From NCBI GenBank assembly GCA_951406725.2, contig OX597814.1, forward strand, positions 14,136,001-14,200,000: 64,000 bases of DNA, read 5' to 3'. Origin of the DNA: Octopus vulgaris (Eukaryota). A model generated the notes under the pieces. The model saw only the letters and a list, made by a program, of their open reading frames with translations. It ran no database searches and was not told the origin of the DNA. Positions 54,251 through 64,000 of this stretch are shown here, one piece after another; the stretch's first letter is position 1; every line of letters begins with the position of its first letter. The position numbers and the translations under genes were made by a program.

Positions 54251-54569
54251 CTCCATGTATGATGCAAATGTATAAACATACATGCAATTAAATATATGGA
54301 AACATAAAACCCATTGCCTAATTCTACACATAACCTAAATTAAAATACGAATGCACAGTTGCTTCAGCTTTTCTTCTTACTATCTTATTTTATGGAAGCA
54401 TAGCATAAACTATCAAAATCTCGCATCGCATAAACAACCTACTCACTCATACTTTACTTCACTTTATTTTTAATATAGAGAAGTATATATGCGTACAAGA
54501 TGCATGTATATGATGAAATAATTCACTATTTATTTGGCATGATTGCTTCTAGTAATGTATTGATTTCAA

Positions 54570-54778
54570 ATTTTGTCACAAGGCCAGTAAATCCGTCGGA
54601 GAAGAGAAATCGATAACATCGACCCCAGTACTCAACAGGTATTTATTTTATCGACCCCAAAAAGGATGAAAGTCAAAGTCGACTTCGGCGAAATGTGAAC
54701 TCGGAACGCAAAGGTGGATTAAATGACATGAATCATTTTTGTCCGGTATGCTAACGTTTCTGCCAACGTGCCGCCTTA
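54570..54778 (-). mobile_element. tRNA-derived SINE
   Basis: Same family as 39428 and 49175. Confidence 0.8.
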
Positions 54779-56915
54779 CGCTACTTCTCAAAAATATATA
54801 TATGCCAAAAATATATATAATGCGTGAACATTGAATGTGCTTTTAGCCAGTGCAGTATGATGCATGTAGAATATGTGCATATATGTGTGAATATGCACTT
54901 ATAAGAAAGACTATCTTAAGCCTTTTCGATCGCGTTTACTTGAAAACCTTCTTCTACTAAATCCCAAGACCCATAAAATACAAGACCAATAAAAGGCGAT
55001 TTTCAGTGCCGGAAGATATATCCATCCTACAATTGATAACAAATGGGCGATAAACTTGGTATTTAATAATACTATGACGGTGTAGGATTGCCCATTGAAT
55101 GGTTTCGCTGCTCTGCACGCATTTTAATATTACATGTGTGATGGTTGTTCTGTGCCATTAGAATTTAATTTGAATTGGCAGTGAAAGCATCTTATTGAGA
55201 TACGACGATTCAGAGGTCACGAACTATTTGTAAGCACTCTACAGAGTCTATGCCGTAATTTCTACGGAATAGACTAGACTGTTCATTCGTGCTTCTGGCT
55301 ACCATTTACTCCAGTATGTTTTCATTCTTCACAACGAATATTTCAGGGTGTCGACAATCCTAGAAAGTGCCGGCAATTATTCCTGATTTTCGATGGACTT
55401 TGAGTAGCTCAGTAAATGAATTAAGTCCATTCCTCAAGAAGCTAGAGAGACCACGTTCTCGAAGGTTTGGCCAAAAAGAAACAGGAGTAAGACACTAAGG
55501 TCAGGCTGTAATACATAACACATAGGAACGATATACAAATTGGTAATAGTTGACCAACATTTCTGAGGGTATTTCCTCTCATCGTATTTCTAAATTAGAC
55601 AGGTTATTCTTTTGTAACCTCGTTCCAGTTCCGACTTCCAAGTGGTGCAAGCTGAATCACACCTTAAGCAATTTAACTGGTCTATTGACTCAGTATACTA
55701 GTTGATAGGCATTGACCTCACTCTCCGATGCTGATCTGCGAGACCAACGAGAGTGCTTACTGAATGGAATAAATGTTAGAAAAGAAAGTACTAATTAAGA
55801 ACTGGGAGGGTAAATGAAAGAAAATAAGGAGTGTATTGGTCTCTCAAAAATAAATAATACAAAGGAACGGGGAGGAAGTACATTTTTGAATGGTTAAAGA
55901 TTCTGTAGTTAAAGCTTCAGTAGTTGAAAAAGGAAATAAGCATGCTAAAAATAATGAGAAAAGTGAAAAATTACTGAAAATAAAAGCATCAACTGATAGA
56001 ATGAATGGAGAAATATATAACAAGACGTTAATAAATACACAGAAATATAAAAGCTCATAGTGAATAAACTGAAATATATAACAAAGTAGATACAAAACAT
56101 TATTTGATAATGAGAGTGGTTATCAATAGAAGCTTGAATCTGGTTCACGCACATAATTCAGATACAAATAATGACTACTGGGTTATTGTTGAAGCCTGTA
56201 AATGGATGTATATATTATAGTACATACAATGCATGAACAGTGTGGTTAAAGTACAAAATGAAAAACGGCATGGAGATATATGCAGCGACTAGTTAGAAAC
56301 AACAGACTTTAATCAATGAAATTAATTTGTAAATACACATATAAGCAGCTGAATTAATGGAATTGATTACGGTAAATTACGGTAACATGTCAGTGAGAGA
56401 TGAAACGTCTAGTTGTGATGAGCCACAGAATTAAACAGGTTTTGACGGATGGGAATAAAGATTATTATTAGAATTTTCGAATCCACTATAATTAAAATAA
56501 AGATTATTTGGCAAACGAGATGTAACTTAATATATGTAGAACAAACTGGGTGGATTGGAATATATTTGAAAATTACTATAAATTTGGTTGATAATAGATA
56601 CTAACATAAATCTATAATGGGCATCTAGCCATGCTACATGAAACTTGGAAATATTATACGGGAGTAAATTAGTAAAATTGTTCACTATAGTATATACTAG
56701 AGAAGGAAATTTCTCACAAATGGACTCAAATTACTTTTATCATCGAAGAGCTAATTGGAACAGGTCTATTAGGTTGAAATTATATAAGAAAATGAAAAAA
56801 AAAAAAAGAAGTAAAAATTATAATGCTATATATTCCCGCTATTCCCCTTCCTTTTGGTATACGTATTCCATAGTGTTCTGCCATTCGCTTTTCCCTTTTT
56901 TAATGAATCCGTTAG

Positions 56916-57756
56916 GGATCTTTTCGGTTTGAACGGCAGTTTTTAACATAATTTCTAGGTAACTAAAAAAATTTAAACTTCGTATACTGGTAGAATGTGT
57001 TTATGAAACATCATTTTCTCTTGGCTTTCTTGAGAAAATTCTGTAGTTTGTAACATATTTAATCTTTAATTTCTTGCATTTCGTCAATTTTAACCAATCA
57101 TAGACCTTCTATTGAGGTGAAAGCATTCTGTGCTGTATGAATATGTCCCTCGTTTAAGAAACAGATTGGGTTTATTTACATTTGTGAAGAAAAAAGATAC
57201 CCTTCCCCCATCCTTAACCCTAACTAACTATAAATCTAAAATAGATTGAAATGCAATAGATCGATACTAGGGTCATAATTATGGGTGACAATTTCATATA
57301 ACACCGCTAGAAAAAACTCCCATTTTTCCAGCGGTGTCATATGAAATTGTCACCCATAATTATGACCCTAGAATCGATCTATTGCATTTCAATCTATTTT
57401 ACATTTAGGGTTAGTTAGGGTTAGTTAGGGTTAAGGTTAGGCTTAGGGTTAGCGTTAGGGCTGGGGGAAGGGTATATTTTTTCTTCACAAATGTAAATAA
57501 ACCCAATCTGTTTCTTAAACGAGGGACTTATTCATACGGCACAGAATGCTTTTTAACTCAATAGACGCCAGTGATTGGTTAAAATTGCCGAAATGCAAGA
57601 AATTAAAGACGAAATATGTTACAAACTACAGAATTTTCTCAAGAACGCCAAGAGAAAATAATGTTTTATAAACACATTCTACCAGTATACAAAGTTTAAA
57701 ATGTTTTAGTTACCTAGAAATTATGTTAAAAACTGCCGTTCAAACCGAAAATATCC
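56916..57756. mobile_element. 841-bp palindromic foldback element with 9-bp TSD (Mutator-like) and internal TTAGGG-like repeats
   Basis: Ends ggatcttttcggtttgaacggcagtttt / aaaactgccgttcaaaccgaaaatatcc; arms pair up to the centre at ~57320; flanks atccgttag (56907-15) and atccgtgag (57757-65). Confidence 0.85.
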
Positions 57757-58841
57757 ATCCGTGAGACCTCATTTAACAATTATACGTTCCACCCATTGTA
57801 TAACTTCTTTTCTACGATTTTTCACTGTATACTTTTTTTTTTCTATCATATTTTCTTCTCAAAGAGTTGGTCCACTACTAAGTTTTTTTTTCTTCAGAAT
57901 CATGAGCGAGCATTATTTTGAAATGAAATGAATGCTCTTCTTGTAAGAGTTCGTTCTATTAATTCTAGCTATACGCATAAGATAATTTTTGATTGTCCCT
58001 CGCCTAATGCAGACGACGTTTACCCAAAGATTTGCGCTTGAAAAACTAACTTGCAATGATGTTTCAAAGGCAAAAAACTGCAACATCCAACTTTGCTTCT
58101 AGCTGTTATTCTTAATGTATTTTTCTCTAGTTTCTTTAGAATGTACTAGTTTTCTTTGTATTTGATTTTATTTTTGTATATATTTCCACAGTTCCGTTGT
58201 GCAAATAACATTTCTTCGGCAACGGGAATAATGCTCAAAATAATGTAATCATAGTACAAATGAGAAAACAAAATGAAAGGTCAGGATTTAATGCACAAGC
58301 AATCTTTTGACATATTGAATAATTACTTCCGCTTGAGTTAAATCTTGTCTAGATTACCATAGTAATATATTGCAGTTTTGTACATGCGGGAAGCTATCAA
58401 AATATGAATATCGATAGATATAAATATTAGACATATGCAAGCGTTTGTGTATATGTATCAGAGCTGGTATTTGCTTGTATGTGAGTTCATATGAATTTGG
58501 ATTTGTATTCATTAGATATATGGAAAATAATACATTTCATAAACCGACATTTATAGATATTTTCTAACATTTGCAACCGCATAGTTTCCGTGAACCAATT
58601 AAATCATAAACTTTGGGTCTGTGACTCAAACCTTGCGATCTTAATTGGTGCGTTTATACTCGAGTCTGTGGCAAAAGGGACCAACTAAAATGCTCCTGTG
58701 AGCGTCGCACAGAGTACCATGCGGTTTTCATGGTGATTTTCTGTATTTTATTTCAAATGCCGCCGTGGTCAACCCATCTGTTCATTCTTTCGGGCTGGAT
58801 AAATAAAGTATCAGTACGGATGTCTCTTCACCTCATATATA

Positions 58842-58904
<63 letters not shown>

Positions 58905-59364
58905 ATGTATGTAAGTATCTCTCTATGTATCTTTCTCTCTCCTCTTTTTCGTTTATAATTCAAATGTCTAGCCTTGTGATATTGAATCACATTGATTTGG
59001 CAGGATATTTGAGTTAAAGATACACGAATTTGTAGAAAAGTCAGCTGTTTACATGACCAATTCACATGACCAAGCGGATGATGATTTATCATCGTAAACG
59101 GTGGTAATTTCGTGAGATTACTGCCATTGGTTGATTCAGTAGATTGAACGCAAAATCAAATGACTGAGAGACAAACTTCATCACCATGTAGTGAAATTTC
59201 CACCTACATAGAAGTAAGTATGAATGTTTAGAATACTGTTTAAGCTCATAGAAAAAGTAGTCGAATTTCCCTCAGATAGCGTTGTCTCTTGTATTCACAT
59301 GACAGAAGATTATCCTACTAAGTTATCGACGAGTTTAAAGACAAAATACACAAGGTTACTCTCT

Positions 59365-59570
59365 CTTTACTCTTTTACTCTTTTACTTGTTTCAGTCATT
59401 TGACGACGGCCATGCTGGAGCATCGCCTTTAATCGAGTAACTCCACCCCAGGACTTATTCTTTTGTAAGCCCAGTACTTATTCCATCGGTCTCTTTTGCC
59501 GAACCGCTAAGTAACGGGAACATAAACACACCAACATCGGTTGTCAAGCAATGCTAGAGGGAAAAACACA

Positions 59571-59657
<87 letters not shown>

Positions 59658-59819
59658 GACGGGTTTCTTTCTGTTTCCGTCTACCAAATCTACTCACAAG
59701 GCTTTGGTCGGCCCGAGGCTATGGTAGAAGACACTTGCCCAAGGTGCCACGTAGTGGGACTGAACCTGGAACCATGTGGTTGGTAAACAAGCTACTTACC
59801 ACACAGCCACTCTTGCGCC
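59365..59819 (-). mobile_element. tRNA-derived SINE, second family, with internal (CA)/(TA) tract
   Basis: Reverse complement of the 52421 family. Confidence 0.88.
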
Positions 59820-60759
59820 TCGTTTCGTTTTTTTTTTTTGTTTTTTTTGTCTACTATATTTGCCGTTTTTTGCTCACGTTGTATTCTTGTGCTGAAACCA
59901 AGCATATGAATGTTAAAGACATCTTGAGAACTATATTCAAATTTATTGACACCCACGCTGTGCTGGTAATTTTTGCTTGTTAAGCTAAGAGAGAAGTGTG
60001 TACAATGTTAAATGTTATAACACGATAATTGTATTTATTTTCAGTTGTAAAAGTACATTCACACGAAGAGATGAAAACTATCCTGTATTCTGGAGATTCG
60101 AATCGAAGAGAGAACGTGTGATGCATTGCTTACCGTTTTCTTTGAGTATCAGTCAAATATCGATAAACTGTTGATTCAAGAAATTACTATATTTTTGAGA
60201 AACTTTTTGCGTATATATTGTCACGTTGCATCTGTAATTTAATGGCATCTGATTTCCACATACACAACAATACAAACATCTTTTTAAACAGATAAACAGA
60301 CATGCAGACACACTTTGCTTCGTAGCGATCGTGTATACACACGTTAGTACAAACAATTACATCCCTGTCCACACATCCCTTTCAGAATCTATTTCACTGA
60401 GTGACATTTTATTGCTTTTAGTTTTCTTAGTCCGACACCGTTTCTTCCAGTACAATTATCATAAAAGAGACAATATAATTGCGGATGTTGCTAGCTCTTT
60501 TCTTTTCTTTCCCTTTACTCTCCCTTACACTATGCCACTCTATCTTTCTCTCTCAATCATTCTCTCTCACCTGCTCCCTTTCTGTCTATCTACCTTTCTA
60601 TCTAACTATCTAGTTCTTATTCATCTTAATCCTCCCTCACACTGGTCTGTCATATTAATTCCAGCAATGAAGCAGTAACTGACGTAAATACATATCAATC
60701 AAGCCTGCTCCTACATTACTATTAACTACTTTATCTTAGAGAAACTCATTAAACCGTAA

Positions 60760-63700
60760 TCCAGTGCAACCTGTTGCATGATCAGGTCATCGATGACTAA
60801 ACTGGCAACCCCACCGTGCGTTGCTTGGTGAGGAAAGTTATTGTTGGACACCCCCGCCTGACAAAATCTAAGACCCGTCAAAGGGCGGATGCACTAATGT
60901 CGTATTCAACGGCCATTCAGCACTGTGTGTTAGGGTAGGATGGTACTCTTTAGCTTTGGTTAGCAACTTTCCTAGAGATGGTATCTCGATACAAATACCT
61001 TAGGAGTACTCCTTCGTACTCTTATCTAGTATACTGGCTTCAGTTGAGGCTGATTTATCAGCCTTGTTTTCTGGCTAGGGCTTTGAACGCTGTTTTAGCC
61101 TCTGATGAGGTCCATTACCTAGTTCACTTGGTCTTCATGTTTCTTTGTTCTTGTTGTTGATCTAGGTGAGGGTATCGAATTGCGTAGTTTTCTGGTTGCT
61201 ACTTCCGACTGGTAGTTAGGAGCCCGAACTCTCTGGCAGCGCACGGAGAAGCTGCCCTACCAACAGTTGTATAATATCGATGTATCTCTAGTGTCCTGTC
61301 GCTCATGGATGGATGTCCCTGCAGCTGCATCGGATGGGCTTTCTGATGCGACTCTTACTTCCTCTGCTAGAATATTATAGTGAATCTGATTACTTGCTTA
61401 CTAAAGTTGGGAGTCATCCCTGCCTGGTCATTTTTTCTTTTGTTTTAATCAAATTAATCATAGCGGTCTCCAGTAAACAAAATCGCAAACCAGATTCAGC
61501 TAAATCACCTGCTCGTTTTACTATTGCATTGTCCAATATACGTGGTCTCCATTTTAATCTTACGTATGTTGAGTCTTTTCTTGCGCTGAACTCTCCTGAC
61601 ATCCTTGCATTGATCGAGACAATCTCAGTCCAGTCATTTCAGATGATTTTTTGTTCCCGGCTATCTCCCTCTATACTGGACGGACTCTTGCAATCATATG
61701 CATGGCTTGGACCTCTTTGCTCGTGTCAATCTTCCCATCTTTCGTGAGGAAGACCTTGAGGATCATCGCAGTCTTGCATGTGTTTTCAACTTTCTCTTCT
61801 GCTCTCAACTAGCAACCTGTTCTTTCTCTATCGTTCTCCATTTTCCTCCCTCCTCGATCTCCTTTTAGCATCAAATCCTGATATCTGTAAGGTTTGTCAT
61901 GATTCTCCACTCGGAGGATCTGATCGCATTGTTGTTTCAGTTGACGCTTCATTGAATTGTTATGCTGGCAAGGAATCCTCAATTCATAGTACTCTAATCA
62001 GCTATGATCGTGGTGACAGGGAAAATTTTGGCGACTTTCTTCGTGACGTTCCTTGAAGCGATATTCTTGCTAAACCTGCTGAGGCTTTTGCTGGGGAAGT
62101 TACTACTTGGATTTCCGCTGGTATTAACACCTCCATACCATCTTGCAAATACCATTTCAAACTGCATTCCTCAATCTGGTTTTCTCCCGCTTGTACTGCT
62201 GCTATCGCCCATTGTAATCATTTTTTCCAATAGTTTCAGCGAGATAATTCCGCAGCGAATAAACAGCATTTCAGCAATCACTGTATGGCTGTCATTCGTG
62301 ATGTTAAATCAGACAACGAGCAACACATGCATGATCGAATATCATCCCAGAAAGTAGGCTCTCGTGACTTCTGGAGAATTATTAAATGTGTTAGAGGTAA
62401 CAATAAGCCTTGTATTATTCCTTTATTCAACGGACCTGAGGTCTTGACAATTTTAAATAATAAAGCAGAGCTCTTTGCTCAACTGTTTTCTCGATGATTC
62501 TGTTCATCCACTTACTGATGTTTTTCTCAAAACTGATAAACTGTTACACAGTTGTCATATTAATTCTCTTACGGTTGCGGCCATTGTGGTACAGTTGGGT
62601 CCGTGTAAAGCAACTGCACCTGATGGTATTCCAGTCATCGTTCTTCAGAAGTGCTCTCCTGAGTTGTCATCTGTCTTACCAAGTCACTTCCGAAAGTGTA
62701 TCTCAGAATCTTGTTTTCCTTCTTTATGGAAATCCCCAGTTAATTTTCCTCTCTTTAAGAAATGTGATGATCGATCTAATCCTCGTAATTACTGACCAAT
62801 CAGTTTACTACCAATCGTCACTAATGTTTTTGAGTCCTTGATTAATGACTCTCTTGTAAAATATTTTGACTCAAGTCGTTTATTCTCCGTCTCTCAATAT
62901 GGTTTCCGTGACGGACGATCTACTGCTGATTGTCTCACTGTTATAGCCAAGCGTTATATCATGGCTTCAATGTATCTGGTGGAGATAGGTAAGCTACTCT
63001 TGATATCTCCAAGGTATACGATAGGGTTTGGTATACTGGATTTCTGTGGAAGATCCAATCCTTTGATGTGTCAGGTTTTATGCTGAACATGATCTCCTTT
63101 TTCCTTTATGGCTGTAGGATCAAGGTTGGTCTTGATGGTCAATCTTCATCAAGTTATTTTATTAATGCTGGGGTTCCTCAAGGATCTGTCCTGGGCCCAA
63201 CTCTCTTTCTTCTTTTTATCAATGATCTACCTGATCATATCATCTGTTAGCTTGTAATCTATGCTAATGACTCTACTTTGTACTCTTGTTAGGACAAATC
63301 TGATGACTTGTCTGATAAGGTTGAGGTCGCTGCTGACCTTCAGAATGATCTTCGATATATTGTTGAGAGGGGTTGGACATGGCTTGCAACGTTCAATCCA
63401 TCGAAAACTAAACTTCTTTCCATTAATCGCTTCAGTTATAATTCATTGTCATCGGTTTCGATGGTGGGTATTCTCTTACCTGAGAGTCATTTTTGACGTC
63501 TCCTAGGAATGACTTTCTGTAATAATCTTTTTTGGAGGACTGACATTGAATCGATTGCAATGAATGTAGACTCACTCCTTCGTTCAAGAAGTTATTTCAC
63601 TCAAGAGACTATTCTTTATCTTTATAACTTTACTTTCATATTTCACCCCTGTATTGAGTACTATTGTCACTATGGGCAGGTGCTCCTGCGGGTTGTTTAA

Positions 63701-64000
63701 CGCTGTTGGACCTATTTGTAATGCTCATCTCTCATCTAAATTGGATTAACTCACTCATCATCGTACTGAGGCTAGCTTGTCTTTTTTCTCTGGTTCCTCC
63801 TTTAAGAACTTATTAGTGATCAACTGGACTTGCATCCAGTTCTCATCAATAAACTGTGCAACCTCCTAAGTTACGTAAATCACTTTACAGTACCAATTTC
63901 TTACCTCGCACCTCTGAAGTTTGGAATTCACTTTCACTATCTTGTTTTCCTCTTCAATATGACCTTCACTCTTTTAATTTTAATGTACATCATCACCTAT
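60760..64000 (+). mobile_element. Decayed CR1/L2/Jockey-group LINE: putative 5' UTR, APE endonuclease and RT
   Basis: SNIRGL..PDILALIET, KATAPDGIP, QYGFRDGRSTAD, INAGVPQGSVLGPTLFLLFINDL, YANDS, FNPSKTK, FLPRTSEVWNSL. Confidence 0.88.

Noticed and set aside
53763-54331. ORFs of 60-155 aa rich in YI/HT/CV (also near 3603, 6608, 22127, 28675, 50560)
   Set aside because: They are translations of microsatellites.
55130-55760. Higher-complexity segments that may be old transposon or exon remnants (also 2200-2960, 18000-18760, 60045-60150)
   Set aside because: No motif could be recognised by eye; they need BLASTX or a Dfam search.
57405-57460. Interstitial telomere or chromosome fusion scar
   Set aside because: Short, degenerate and internal to a transposon arm.
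61095-61130. CTGATGAG motif in the LINE 5' region
   Set aside because: No GAAA or stem III follows the short hairpin.

Overview
AT-rich, microsatellite-dense eukaryotic DNA. No host protein-coding gene can be supported, and most ORFs in the track are repeat artefacts. The SINE families and repeat landscape resemble octopus/cephalopod genomes (inference). The window is a mosaic of decayed transposons: two R4/Dong-like LINE fragments, four Naiad-type and one Neptune/Poseidon-type Penelope-like elements (PLEs), a near full-length Hero-like RLE LINE, a CR1/L2-group LINE, mariner and Tigger fragments, tRNA-derived SINEs and foldback elements. The most notable signal is a set of self-cleaving ribozyme motifs. 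(1) A ~515-nt rod-like hairpin has a full type I hammerhead at its tip, followed by a second copy with an intact core (33088-33803; retrozyme/viroid-like). (2) A repeat family carries all hammerhead core motifs in a non-circularly permuted, pseudoknotted order (34385-34465, 35188-35278, 646-690), and the same order is echoed in the Hero 3' UTR. (3) Several minimal PLE-type hammerheads and a candidate HDV-like ribozyme are also present. All folds were read by eye and are untested; transposon boundaries are approximate.
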